Positions 51,129-61,400 of a DNA stretch of 64,000 nucleotides are shown here, one piece after another. Both the position numbers and the translations under genes were made by a program. The first letter of the stretch is position 1, and every line of letters starts with the position of its first letter. This stretch comes from an uncultured Candidatus Binatia bacterium (GTDB lineage: Bacteria; Desulfobacterota; Binatia; UBA9968; JAJDTQ01), in assembly GCA_965242525.1 (NCBI GenBank), contig OZ251459.1, forward strand, positions 2,144,001-2,208,000, given 5' to 3'. The notes below the pieces were generated by a model. That model ran no database searches. It had not been told where the DNA came from and saw only the letters and a list, made by a program, of their open reading frames with translations.

Positions 51129-52856
51129 TCAGCGCGGCGGCCGGCGATGCCACTCCTGGACGTTCCACAGGGTTGCGTCCCAGGCGTTGTGGCGCACCCC
51201 TCCGAGGGACAGCGCCCGGGCCGCCACCTCGCCCCGGTGGACCAGCGGGATCACCGCCCCGTCGCCCACCAGCATGTCGTTCATGCGCTTGGCGATTTCG
51301 GCGCGCCTCCCGATCCCCGGAGTCTTGGCAAGCAACGCCGCGAGTTCGTCGTACTCCGGGTTGCAGTAGCGTGAGATGTTGCGGCCGATCCACTGGTTCC
51401 CGGGCGCCGGGATCTCCTCGCACAGCCAACCCTGCAGGTATGCCTGGGGATCGGTGCCGTCGAAGTTGTTGGTGTACATCTGGATGTCCGCGTAGAACTT
51501 CTGGTAGGTGTCCGGGCTCGCCGGATCGCTGCCGAAGAACACCGACCCGCTGATGTTCTTCAACTCGGTCTCGACGCCGATCTCCCGCCACATCTGCTTG
51601 ACCAGGGCCTGGGTGCCCTGGCGGACCGAATTGGTGGAGGTCTGGTAGAGGATCGAAAGCCGCACCCCGTCCCTGGCGCGGACCCCGTCCGGGCCGCGCG
51701 CCCAGCCGGCTTCGTCCAGCAGCCGGTTGGCCCCGGCCACGTCCCGGGTCCTGCACCAGTCGTTGGCCGCGGAGGCATAGACCGGCGGGGCCGGGAGCAC
51801 GTTGCAGGTGACCCGACCCGCGGGGCCGTAACCCGCGTCCACCAGGACCTCCCGGTCGATGGCCATGGACAGGGCGCGCCGCACCGCGGGGTCCGAGAGG
51901 AAGGGGTGGGGGTTCCTGCCGTCCTGATAGGTGGAACGCTTGGCGCCCAGGGCCGGATCGGGGTTGGTGAGCTGCACCACCAGGCGCTCCACCAGGGTGC
52001 CGAAAGCGGACAACACTTCGCCCTTGCCCGCCTTGGCCATGACGGCGAGGATCTCCGGCTCCACCTGCAGGTTCCAGCCATAGTCGAACTCGCCGGTCTC
52101 CAGCACCGCCCGAGCCGACGAGACCGCGTCTCCACCGCCCTTCAGCAGGACCGAGGAGAAGGCCGGGCGGTCAGGGTCTCGGTAGCGGTCGTTGAGTACG
52201 TAGCGGACCACGTCGTTGGCCCGGAACTCCTGCACCTCGAAGGGGCCGGTGCCCACGGGACCGAAGTTCTCCTCCGTGCACTCCGGCGCCCTGGCGCCCA
52301 TGCACTTCTCGAACTGCTTCTTCTGGAGGACCGGACAGACCGAGCCGGCGAACGGGGCATAGGGGAACGGCATGGGGACGGCGAAGGAGATCCGCACCGT
52401 GTGGTCGTCCACCGCCTCCACGGACGCCACGTTCTGGAACCGGCTGGCCGCGTTGCAGCCGCCCTCGGGATGCATGCAGTAAGCCGCGGTGAAGGCCACG
52501 TCCGCGGCGGTGAACGGCGTGCCGTCCGACCACACCACGTCCTTTCGGAGCTTCCAGGTGATGGACTTGAGATCCGCGGCGACTCCGCGGTTGGCCACGG
52601 TGGGGATCTCCGACGCCAGGGCCGGCGACATGACGCCGTTCTCGTCGTAGCGCACCAGCGGCTCCAGGACCAGGGCGGCCGCGTGGATGTCCTTGGTCCC
52701 CCCCGACAGGAGCGGGTTCAGGATCGACGGCGCCTGCCAGTAGAGCAGCTTCAACTCGCCGTCCGCGCCGCGCCCGGCTTGCGCCGGGGACGCCAACGCC
52801 GCCAGAGCCGCCGCGGCCGCGATGAACAGTCCGAGCAATCGCATCTTCGCCCTCAT
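51129..52856 (-). CDS. Peptide ABC transporter substrate-binding protein (family 5)
   Basis: Signal peptide, WSDGTPFTAADV, PVGTGPF, VRRALSMAIDRE. Confidence 0.92.
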   Translation of the reverse strand: MRAKMRLLGLFIAAAAALAALASPAQAGRGADGELKLLYWQAPSILNPLLSGGTKDIHAAALVLEPLVRYDENGVMSPALASEIPTVANRGVAADLKSITWKLRKDVVWSDGTPFTAADVAFTAAYCMHPEGGCNAASRFQNVASVEAVDDHTVRISFAVPMPFPYAPFAGSVCPVLQKKQFEKCMGARAPECTEENFGPVGTGPFEVQEFRANDVVRYVLNDRYRDPDRPAFSSVLLKGGGDAVSSARAVLETGEFDYGWNLQVEPEILAVMAKAGKGEVLSAFGTLVERLVVQLTNPDPALGAKRSTYQDGRNPHPFLSDPAVRRALSMAIDREVLVDAGYGPAGRVTCNVLPAPPVYASAANDWCRTRDVAGANRLLDEAGWARGPDGVRARDGVRLSILYQTSTNSVRQGTQALVKQMWREIGVETELKNISGSVFFGSDPASPDTYQKFYADIQMYTNNFDGTDPQAYLQGWLCEEIPAPGNQWIGRNISRYCNPEYDELAALLAKTPGIGRRAEIAKRMNDMLVGDGAVIPLVHRGEVAARALSLGGVRHNAWDATLWNVQEWHRRPPR

Positions 52857-52927
52857 GCCCCCGCCCTCCGGGTCTCTTCCGGAACCTCCGGTCAATTCCG
52901 GCTCGACGTGTTTCTCCCTGTGAAAAA

Positions 52928-52990
52928 GCGCGTCCTTCGACTTCGCTACGCTACGCTCAGGACGAACGGGGCAATCGTTCGGGGTTTCCT
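52928..52990 (+). repeat. MITE family 1 partial copy (core + right TIR)
   Basis: GCGCGTCCTTCGACTTCGCTACGCTACGCTCAGGACGAACGGGG...ATCGTTCGGGGTTTCC. Confidence 0.7.
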
Positions 52991-53011
52991 TCGGCAAGGC
53001 CCGGTCCGCGG

Positions 53012-53863
53012 TCAACTGAACAGGACCTTGGCCATCTCCGACCGGTACCGGTCCGCCAACTCGCTTCCCGGCCCCAGGACCTCGAAGATCCGGACCATCG
53101 CCTTGCGGGCGCCGTCGTCCTCGAAGGCGCGGTCTTTGCGCAGCACCGCCAGGAACTCTTCCAACGCGGCCTCGTAGAGCTCTTCCGCGGCAAGGGCCTG
53201 GGCCAGCCGGAAACGCAACTCCACGCTGTCCGGGGCCGACGACAACCGCTGCCTGAGGGAATCCACGTCCGCGCCGTCCCCCTGGCTCAACTGCTGCCGG
53301 GCGATCAGCCGGTCGGCCTCCCTGCGCTCGGGCGAGCCCGGGGGCACCCGCTCGAGCAGCGCCAAGCCGCGCTCCGCATCCGTACCGAGCAGGATGCGTC
53401 CCATGCCGAGCAGCGCCCCCGCGTGGGGCGGCGACTCGTCCAGCACCTGTTGGTAGATTTTCGATGCCCCTTCCGCGTCGCCCCGGGACCACAACCCGTC
53501 CGCCTCGGCCGCCATCTCGTCCTGACGCGAGGGCGCCACCGAACCCAGGACCTCGCGGACTCCGGCTTCGGGAAGCGCCCCGGTGAACTCCGCGGCAACG
53601 GCGCCGTCCTTGAAGACCTTGACCGCGGGGATCCCCTGTATGCCGAAGCCGGACGCAAGCCCGGGGTTCTCGTCCACGTTGACCTTGGCCAGGAGGAGCT
53701 TGCCCTCGTATTCCTCCACCACCCGCTCCAGCACCGGACCCAGGACCCTGCACGGGCCGCACCACGGCGCCCAGAAGTCCACCGCCACCGGCGTTTCTTC
53801 GGAACGCTTCAGCACTTCCGCTTCGAACTCGGCGTCGCCAACGTCGAAAACCAGCGATTCCAT
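53012..53863 (-). CDS. cnoX: Thioredoxin-TPR chaperedoxin (YbbN/CnoX-like)
   Basis: DFWAPWCGPC, TPR-like helical C-term ending ARKAMVRIF..YRSEMAKVLF. Confidence 0.88.
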   Translation of the reverse strand: MESLVFDVGDAEFEAEVLKRSEETPVAVDFWAPWCGPCRVLGPVLERVVEEYEGKLLLAKVNVDENPGLASGFGIQGIPAVKVFKDGAVAAEFTGALPEAGVREVLGSVAPSRQDEMAAEADGLWSRGDAEGASKIYQQVLDESPPHAGALLGMGRILLGTDAERGLALLERVPPGSPERREADRLIARQQLSQGDGADVDSLRQRLSSAPDSVELRFRLAQALAAEELYEAALEEFLAVLRKDRAFEDDGARKAMVRIFEVLGPGSELADRYRSEMAKVLFS

Positions 53864-53919
53864 GATGTTCCGGGACCTTTCCGCAGGGCCGGACCGGGTA
53901 CGGGCGAGAGCCCGGCCCG

Positions 53920-54405
53920 CTATTCCCCGAGCGGGTCGAAGTCCGACCCGTTGAGGGTGAACCGACGCTCCACCGGGGTGGGCTTCAGGATCGTCTGCAT
54001 GACGTAGCACCCGTTCTCGGCGTTGCGGACCACTGCGGCCACCCGCTCCGCGGGCTCGTCGGACTCCAGGTCCAGCCTGGTCTCGAACCCGACCCCCTGG
54101 GCCTCCACGGTCTCCCGCAGCACCGACCCCTGGCTCTTGAAACGCCCGGTCACGTGGACCCGGGCCTTGCCGATCTTCACCTTCATCATTTCCCCGTACC
54201 GGGAAACCTGGGTCAGCAGTCAGAACCCCAGGGAAAGCGCGAAGTACGCCAACGGCGGCGGCGCGCTGTTGTCGCCGCCGGTCCGCTCGGCCTCGTCGCA
54301 CAGGACGGTGAACCCCCGGGCCTCGCCGCTCTTCTTCTGCCGTTCCAGGGCCGCGGCGTCGGCCTCGATCACGATCTCCCGCTTGACGGTCACGTCTTCG
54401 GCCAT
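53920..54405 (-). CDS. OsmC-like protein with in-frame TGA (probable selenocysteine), 161 aa
   Basis: DE..GGDNSAPPP..ALSLGF-TGA(54220-54222)-LLTQVSRYG continuing in frame to AENGCY; hairpin just downstream of the TGA. Confidence 0.78.
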
Positions 54406-54437
54406 ATATCAACCTCCAGGGTTTGGTTTGCGAAACA

Positions 54438-54677
54438 GGAACCTCCGAACGATCGGGACAGGGGGCAAGGCTTCCTTCGACTTCGCCTCGCGTCCTTCGA
54501 CTCCGCTTCGCTACGCTCAGGACGAACGGAGATGGGAGTCCACGCTCAAGGCGAACGGGGATGGGAGCGCAACCCTTCCCAACCGACTCGTGCTGGTCAC
54601 CCATGTTCAAGGCGAACGGGGATGGAGTGTCAGGGCGAGGGAGTCCATCCCGGATGCCTCGATCGTTCAGCGGTTCC
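54438..54677 (+). mobile_element. MITE family 1, copy E (240 bp, expanded and degenerate)
   Basis: TIRs GGAACCTCCGAACGATCG / CGATCGTTCAGCGGTTCC. Confidence 0.78.
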
Positions 54678-54743
54678 AAAGGTAACCCATCAGCCGGAGA
54701 CCGTCAATCGACCCGGCTGCACGAAGCACCGTCAAGCACCGTC

Positions 54744-55244
54744 ATGGCCCGGCGACACGCAGCCCTGATCCCGCTTTCACGCGACCATCACCAGGGGTTG
54801 ACCCTGGCCTTGCGCTGCCGCAAGCACGCCCTCGGGCAGCTCAACCCCGGCGACGCCGCATCCCTGGAGGCATGCGCCGCGGAAGCCTCCCGTTTCTTCG
54901 GCGAGAGCCTGACGCCCCACTTCGAGGCCGAAGAGAAGGTCCTGTTCCCGCTGATGGCGGAATACCGGGAGAGCCGGGAGCTCGTGGCCGAGCTCCGGGG
55001 CGAGCACCGGGAGTTCCACCGTCTGCTGGCGCGGGCCGGGGATCCCCGCGGGCTGCGGAAGTTCCTGTTCGACTTCGGCGACCTGCTGGAGCGGCACATA
55101 CGGAGCGAAGAGCGCGGCCTCTTCCCCGCCTTCGAGAGGCTCGTGCCGCAGGAGGAAGCCGACCGGGCCGGCCGGGAGTTGCGGCAAACCCTGGAAGGGA
55201 GCCGTGGGGCGTCCCGAGACCCCGAACTGCCGGAGTCGTCATGA
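54744..55244 (+). CDS. Hemerythrin/HHE cation-binding domain protein
   Basis: LSRDHH, HFEAEEKVLFP, EH, HIRSEERGLFP. Confidence 0.85.
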   Translation: MARRHAALIPLSRDHHQGLTLALRCRKHALGQLNPGDAASLEACAAEASRFFGESLTPHFEAEEKVLFPLMAEYRESRELVAELRGEHREFHRLLARAGDPRGLRKFLFDFGDLLERHIRSEERGLFPAFERLVPQEEADRAGRELRQTLEGSRGASRDPELPESS

Positions 55245-55263
55245 CGAAACCCCGAACGGCCCT

Positions 55264-55307
55264 CCCCGTTCGTCCTGAGCGCAGCCGAAGCCGAGTCGAA
55301 GGACGCG
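55264..55307 (-). repeat. Stand-alone core unit of MITE family 1
   Basis: CCCCGTTCGTCCTGAGCGCAGCCGAAGCCGAGTCGAAGGACGCG. Confidence 0.7.
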
Positions 55308-55317
55308 TAGCGTAGTA

Positions 55318-55416
55318 TCCTGTAACAGTGTCCAAGTCACTGGCATGGAGTATCTTGTCATGCACGGAAAACATGTCTTGCGCCGCATCCCCGCTGACAG
55401 AGCGAATGTTACAGGG
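55318..55416. repeat. 99-bp repeat family 2, copy 1
   Basis: Terminal IR CCTGTAACA...TGTTACAGG; colinear with 55570-55668. Confidence 0.75.
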
Positions 55417-55418
55417 TA

Positions 55419-55559
55419 GAAACCTCTGAACAATCGGGACAGAGAGCATGGGCGCGTCCTTCGACTTCGCTTCGCTACGCTCAGGACGAACGGGAATAGG
55501 GGCGTCAGGGTGAGGGAATCGGGAATCCATCCTGGATGTCTCGATTGTTCAGAGGTTTC
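55419..55559 (+). mobile_element. MITE family 1, copy G (141 bp)
   Basis: Perfect 18-bp TIR GAAACCTCTGAACAATCG/CGATTGTTCAGAGGTTTC; perfect TSD GGTA. Confidence 0.85.
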
Positions 55560-55569
55560 GGTAGTAGTT

Positions 55570-55668
55570 CCCTGTAACAGCGACCGAGTCACTGGCGTGG
55601 AACATTCCATCATGCACCGCGAACATGGCTCGCGCTGTATCCCTGATGATAGAGTAACTGTTACAGGG
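55570..55668. repeat. 99-bp repeat family 2, copy 2
   Basis: Terminal IR CCCTGTAACAG...CTGTTACAGGG. Confidence 0.75.
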
Positions 55669-55677
55669 TAGTAGTTT

Positions 55678-55720
55678 CCCGTTCGTCCTGAGCGAAGCGA
55701 AGCGAAGTCGAAGGACGCGC
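55678..55720 (-). repeat. Stand-alone core unit of MITE family 1
   Basis: CCCGTTCGTCCTGAGCGAAGCGAAGCGAAGTCGAAGGACGCGC. Confidence 0.7.
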
Positions 55721-55756
55721 TTTCCCAAGGGAGAGCCGGCATTGAACGGACGTTCC

Positions 55757-55966
55757 ATGAACACCAAGACCGCGATCCTGTCCATCGACGGCCTGACCCC
55801 CGACACCGCAGCCGAGCTGTCGAAGACGCTCCGGGATGTCACGGGCGTCACCGAAGTCGATTTCTCGCTGGAACGAAAGGTAGTCGTGGTGGAGTTCGAC
55901 CCGGAGGCCGCAAGCGTGGACGGGCTCACGCGCGTGGTCCTGTCCAACGGCTACAAGGTCCTCTGA
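55757..55966 (+). CDS. HMA-fold (CopZ-like) protein lacking CxxC
   Basis: LSIDGLTPDTA..GVTEVDFSLE..VEFDP..GYKV. Confidence 0.7.
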   Translation: MNTKTAILSIDGLTPDTAAELSKTLRDVTGVTEVDFSLERKVVVVEFDPEAASVDGLTRVVLSNGYKVL

Positions 55967-56029
55967 CCCGCGGGGGTGAAACTCCCGTCCACGAGATGCG
56001 GACGGGGCCTTCGCCGTCTCGTTGGCCGG

Positions 56030-57628
56030 CTACTTGGTCACGTTGCGGTAATAGACCTGGTCGAAGTTCGAGCCGGCCACGAACCCCCGGACGTTGCGGC
56101 GGCGCGCGAACTGCTCGCTCTGCTGGAACATGACCACGTAGGGTCCCTCGGTCTGGAGACGCTCCTGTAGTTGCAGGTAGAGCTGCCTGCGCTTGGCCGG
56201 ATCCATCTCGTCGCGGGCCTGCACCACCATGGCGTTCAGGTCGTCCTGCGCCCATGCGTTGCGCCATGCGAGCACGCCGGTGAGCCCGGCCTCGGGGCGG
56301 TTGTCCGGGTTGTGCGCGAAGGAGTCCGCGTTGGAGTGCGGGTCCACGTAGTCCGGCGACCAGTGGGCCAGGATCAACTCGTGCTTGCGCCCCCGGTACC
56401 TGGGCCACAGGACCTTGCCTTCCCGGGCCACGACCCGGGCCTTGACGCCGACCCGCGCGAGGGTCGCCTGGACCGACCGCGCGATCAGTGGGAACGGCGG
56501 CGTGGTGAGGGTATCGATGCGCACTTCGAACCCGTCGCCGTGGCCTGCCTCGGCCAGCAGCGACTTGGCTTTCTCCACGTCGAGCCGGTACGGCGTCCCG
56601 GTATAGGCCGCCCACAGCCCCCTGGGCCAGAACGCCTGGTGCACCATGAACTGGCCCGCCAGGAAGGACTCCGCCATGCCCCGGTAGTCCACCGCGTGCC
56701 GCAGGGCCTGCACCACCTTGGCCTTGCCGAGGATCGGGTGCGATGCGTTGGCCGCCATATAGACCACCGTGCCGGTGGGAGAGCCGTCGATGGCCACGTC
56801 CGGGCGGCCCTCCACGGCCTTGATCTGGTCGGAGGTGAGGTTGCGCGCCAAGTCGATGTCGCCCTGCTCCAGCATCCGCCTCTGGGCGGAGGACTCGGGC
56901 ACGTGGCGCAGGACCACGCGCCGGGTCCCCGGAGGTCCCCGGCGGTAGTCGGGGTTGGCTTCGAGCGCCACCGACTCGTTGGCGGTCCAGCTATCGAGCC
57001 GGAACGGACCGGAGCCCGCGCTGTGGGACTTCAGCCACTCGTGGCCCAGGTCCCCGTCCTTCTCGTGGGCGAGCGCGAGTCGTTTGTCCACCACCGAGCC
57101 GACGCCGGCCGAGAGCACGTTCAACACGAGACCCGGGGAGAAGTCCTCCACGATGGTGACGCGCACGCGGCGTTGGTCCACCACCTGGACCAGGTCCTCT
57201 ACGTTGTCCGCGTTCCAGCCCAACTGGGTGAGGATGAAGGCCGGGGTCTTGTCGAGTTTCACCACCCGCTCCAGGGAGAACTCCACGTCCTCGGGACGCA
57301 CCGGGTTGCCGGAGTGGAACCTGAGACCCTGCCGGATCCGGAAGGTGACGGTCTTGCCGTCGGCGCTCACCGTGTGGCTCTCGGCGACGCCGCCCACGAG
57401 CCTGTCCGGGGCCTCGGGCTCGAACGTCATGATGCGGTCGTAGATGTTGGCCAGGAGCTCGCCGGCGGTGAACTCGAAGGCTTCGGCCGGGTCCAGGGTA
57501 ACCATGTCGGCCATGTCCTTGGCCATGACCAGGGTGTCCCCGGGGGTCACGGCCCGGACCGACGCCGCGGCAAGGATCAACGCCAACGCACACGACAGGA
57601 CGCCTGACAGGCGGAGATAAAGACACAT
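56030..57628 (-). CDS. ABC transporter substrate-binding protein (family 5, DppA-like)
   Basis: Signal peptide, TLDPAEAFE, FHSGNPV, GSGPF. Confidence 0.9.
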   Translation of the reverse strand: MCLYLRLSGVLSCALALILAAASVRAVTPGDTLVMAKDMADMVTLDPAEAFEFTAGELLANIYDRIMTFEPEAPDRLVGGVAESHTVSADGKTVTFRIRQGLRFHSGNPVRPEDVEFSLERVVKLDKTPAFILTQLGWNADNVEDLVQVVDQRRVRVTIVEDFSPGLVLNVLSAGVGSVVDKRLALAHEKDGDLGHEWLKSHSAGSGPFRLDSWTANESVALEANPDYRRGPPGTRRVVLRHVPESSAQRRMLEQGDIDLARNLTSDQIKAVEGRPDVAIDGSPTGTVVYMAANASHPILGKAKVVQALRHAVDYRGMAESFLAGQFMVHQAFWPRGLWAAYTGTPYRLDVEKAKSLLAEAGHGDGFEVRIDTLTTPPFPLIARSVQATLARVGVKARVVAREGKVLWPRYRGRKHELILAHWSPDYVDPHSNADSFAHNPDNRPEAGLTGVLAWRNAWAQDDLNAMVVQARDEMDPAKRRQLYLQLQERLQTEGPYVVMFQQSEQFARRRNVRGFVAGSNFDQVYYRNVTK

Positions 57629-57735
57629 GGGAAAGCCTCCTGGTATCACAGCGGTCAGCGGGGCCGCGCAGCCGGCGTTCTCATCCCTGCCATACGTGCG
57701 AGGCGAACACAATCTGGCGTCGCTCCGACACAACG

Positions 57736-57903
57736 CTATTTCCTGACGAAACCGACGTAAACGTAGAGCGCAACCAGAACGCCTGAGACCACCAGGCGGA
57801 TATTGCCGTAGAAGGGATCGACCCGGAGTCCCAGGAACATAGCCCCGGAAACGACGAGATAGAGAACCGCCAGGGCGACGACGTGAACCAGGATCTTCAA
57901 CAT
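57736..57903 (-). CDS. Small two-TM membrane protein (55 aa)
   Basis: Two hydrophobic helices separated by DPFYG. Confidence 0.5.
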   Translation of the reverse strand: MLKILVHVVALAVLYLVVSGAMFLGLRVDPFYGNIRLVVSGVLVALYVYVGFVRK

Positions 57904-57914
57904 GCCTAGGTCAC

Positions 57915-58100
57915 GGGATGGGAGTGCGATGATCGTCTCGTGCGCCGGAAGCGGAATGGCGCGCAACTCGGTGACGCATACTTGGGCGTTGCCGTTGACG
58001 GGTGGAAGCAAGTGTCGAGAAGGTGGCCGTTGTAGAGCGCCATCAAGCTCCATGCCTTCTCTTCTGAGAATGCGCCGCCGGACCGATGGACGTAGTTCAA
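57915..58100 (-). pseudogene. Frameshifted C-terminal remnant of a BsuBI/PstI-like (Eco57I-type) DNA methyltransferase
   Basis: LNYVHRSGGAFSEEKAWSLMALYNGHLLDTCF, then a frame change to VNGNAQVCVTELRAIPLP; resembles the NHLN..NS..D.YFR..NG.TQV.AT.LR tail of this family as I recall it. Confidence 0.55.
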
Positions 58101-58485
58101 AGGGTGCGGGCGGGGGGGACTCGACCCCCCCTGTGGCCTACTTGGCCCAGTGTTCGACAGTGAGTGGCTTCGTACTGCATGCGCATGTCCGCTCCCCTCC
58201 TGGAGGACCCGCTAAGCCACGAGCTCGCACACGCCATCAAGCCTGAGTTTGATTCGCATTTCTACCTCCTTCTCTGATATGAACTCAATGCCCACAGGGG
58301 ACACGAGACCCAAGAAGGATCGAACATGCGCGACAGCCTTGAAGCCACACACAAAGTCACCCACCATATTAGCCAAGCTCTGAAACTGAGGACAGGGTAG
58401 CAAATATCCCGTACGATTTCAATATGTAGAATTGTCCAATGATCCATCTACCTTCGATCTTTGCCACGGGACCGGTTCCCCTTGC

Positions 58486-61400
58486 CTACCGCGGCGCCGC
58501 CAGTAGCATGGCGTCCAGCAGGCGCTTCTCTTCGCTGACCGAAGGGTACAGAGCGGACAGGGCGTTGGCAAGACGCAGGAAGTCGGGGCCGCGCTCGTGT
58601 TCCGCCTTCAGCAGGTTGCGCAGGGCTTGGCTGCGGCCCGATGCCTGCAAGAGCATGGCCGCGTGCACCCGGTCCAGCGTGGTGGCGTCCGGGGCCTGCA
58701 TCTCCGCGTCGTCCGCGATGAGGACCTTCCCCCCGCGGCTTCGGGCGCGCTTCTTCCGGGGGGCAGCCTCCATTTCGGGGAAAAGCACCTGCTGGACGGT
58801 GACCCGCGGGTCGCGTTCCAACCATTCCGCGGCCGTGTCCGCGCCGTCTTCGCCGAAAAGCTGCTTCCCTCGCTCCGTGGCGTTTATCAGCCGCACCACG
58901 CCCTTGTCCGTCTCGATGATCCGTCCCTCCCATTTGGACAGTTCGATGCCCAAGGGCTGGGCCAAGCGGCGCGCCACGTCGAAGACGAGGCTGTAGCCCC
59001 CGGGCTTGTCGCGGGGCGCGTCGTCCGCCTCGTCGTGGTCCTCGTCCTCCGCAACCTCGCCGCTGTCTTCGGAGGCGTCGTCGGCTCCGGTGCTTTGCAG
59101 GGTCCAGAGGAACAGGGCAGTCAGGCGGGTGTCCTCTTCCAGCACCCCGGCCATGCCGTTGCGCGCCTTCGCCTCCGCAGCCCCGAGGACGTTTTCGAGG
59201 GCGGTGCGCCCGACCACTTCCCACACCCGTTCCAGGTACTCCGGCAGGCCCACCTCACGCCCCTCCGCGGTCTCCACCTGCCGGTAGCGGCTGTATATCT
59301 CCAAGGCCGGGCCGATGCAGGCGAAGACCAGGTCCGCGCCCCGGACCCCTTCGCCTTGCAGCCGTTCCATCCATTCGCCCACGCGGATGGGCAGTTCGCG
59401 CAGCACGTCCGCCCAATCGCCCACCGGCGCGTCGTCGAGGCGGGGCCGGCAGACTAGGTGAACGCTGGTGGCCAGGGACGCGGTATCACGCGCATTGAGA
59501 CGAGAACCCATCTCCGTTGCCACCGGCCAAGAGCCGGTGATGGTCCAGCCGCCGCTGATCATCCCGGACAGCAGCGCTTCCCAGCCCTCGGTGGTCTTGT
59601 GGGCGAAGACGACCGATCCGACACCGTCCTGGCGCAGGATGCGCCGCCCTTCGGCAAAAGCCCGAACCATTCCCGATTCGTAGGTCCTTGCCGTCTTGGT
59701 CGAACTGCTGAGCCGATGCGGTCGGTCAACGACGATTTCTTCTTCTTTCGGGGTCAGGTCGTGCGAGCCGGTGAGGTTGCAAAGAGCCATCATTTGTTCT
59801 GGCAAGGCGCGCTTGAGCCAGACCAGGAAGAAATCGGACAAGTGTGCATAGGGAACGGCGTCGTAGTAGGGCGGGTCGGTGAACCAGACACTGGCGGCGG
59901 CGTCGGGCAAAGGATAAGCCTTGGCGTCTGCGGGTTGCACTTGGCCAAGGTTGGATTCGGGCCATGAGTCAATAACATTGGCAATCCAGTCCAGCGCCCC
60001 GGCATAACCGCCAGTGGATTCCGAAAAGGGGTTGCTCTCGCTGTAGTCCCAGACCATGGGGAGAGCCTGTCGAGAATAGACGCCCTCATGCTTCTCGCCT
60101 GATGTATGCCATCGGCATAGCGAGCATCCTGCATTGGCGGTTCGTGTCAACGCCAGCGCCAGAGGTTGTTTCGCCATGTCGTCGATCGTTGGGAACCTCT
60201 GAACGATCGGGACAGGGGGCGTGAGCGCGTCCTTCGACTTCGCTTCGCTACGCTCAGGACGAACGGAGGTCTCCACTTCGCTACGCTCAAGATGAACGGG
60301 CGTCTCTGCTTCGCTACGCTCAAGACGAACGGGGATGGGATGGTCAGGGTGAGGGAGTCCATCCCGGATGTCTCGATTGTTCGGGAGTTTCGTTGATGAT
60401 TTCGTCAATTCCACCAGCGCCGCCTTCTGCCGCGCGGTGAATAGATCGCCCCATGTCGTCATTCCGTAGATTGGTACGCTGATGCGTCGAATCTCGTTCA
60501 GCGAAATCGGCTCGTCCGGCGCCGGACAAGGCCCCTGCCTCCCGCCCCGTTCCCATTCATCGAGAATCCCCGCCAGCCGCGCCTGCGCCTTGTGCACCGC
60601 CGCGTAATCGGCGTCCGTGGGTAGCCGATAGCGCCGGCCAGGCTCATCTTCCTTCAGCGTCACCACCGCGGTCATGCGCGCACCGCCCACGCGCTTCCCT
60701 TTGCCATCGAAGATCACGTCCGCACCGCCGCGCTGCTCGGCAAGTTGCGCCCGCACCCGCTCCGGCGGTAACACAACGCGGCAACACGGGCAGGTCGCCT
60801 TTGCCCGCGTCACCGTGCCCGCACGCACGTCCTTGTCGGTCTTCGGCTCGAAAATCTCCAACTCGACACGCGGCGGCTCCTTGGCCGGCTGCACGACCTT
60901 ATGGAACCTCTGAACAATCGGGACAGGAGGCATGAGCGCGTCCTTCGACTCCGCTTCGCTACGCTCAGGATGAACGGAGGTCTCCGCTTCGCTACGCTCA
61001 GGACGAACGGGGATAGGCGTGTCAGCGTGAGGGAATCCATCCTGGATCTCTCGATCGTTCAGATGTTTCTTGTAGCGGAGCGCCTGACGGCCTCGGACCT
61101 TGATTCGTTTGCCGCCCTCCCTCTTGAAGACCGCCTTCTTCGCAAGCCACAACGACCGTAGCAACGGAATCTCTGCCCCGCAGTTTGGAGCTTCGCACCG
61201 CACCGTGCGCGCCCACAAGTAGGCGATGGGCGTGCTCCCGTCCGGGTCCGCAGGGTAGAGGTCGGCCAGTTCCCGTTCCGCGGCCTGCCTGACCTCGCTG
61301 CCGACCTTGCGCAACTCATCGGCCAGCCCCGAACCGTGGCGCGGGATGTCTTCCAGCATCACCTTGAGGATCAGGCAGGCCACCGGGTTCAGGTCGCTGG

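Noticed and set aside
54220-54222. Nonsense mutation (pseudogene) interpretation of the OsmC TGA
   Set aside because: The TGA falls at the expected catalytic Cys with a SECIS-like hairpin downstream, so recoding is favoured, though not proven
58212-58447. Short low-GC ORFs downstream of the DUF1156 gene
   Set aside because: No motifs and no convincing start context; cannot be supported as genes
60192-60391. 33-bp tandem units as a CRISPR array
   Set aside because: Units are adjacent without unique spacers, enclosed by TIRs and TSDs, and there are no cas genes in the window
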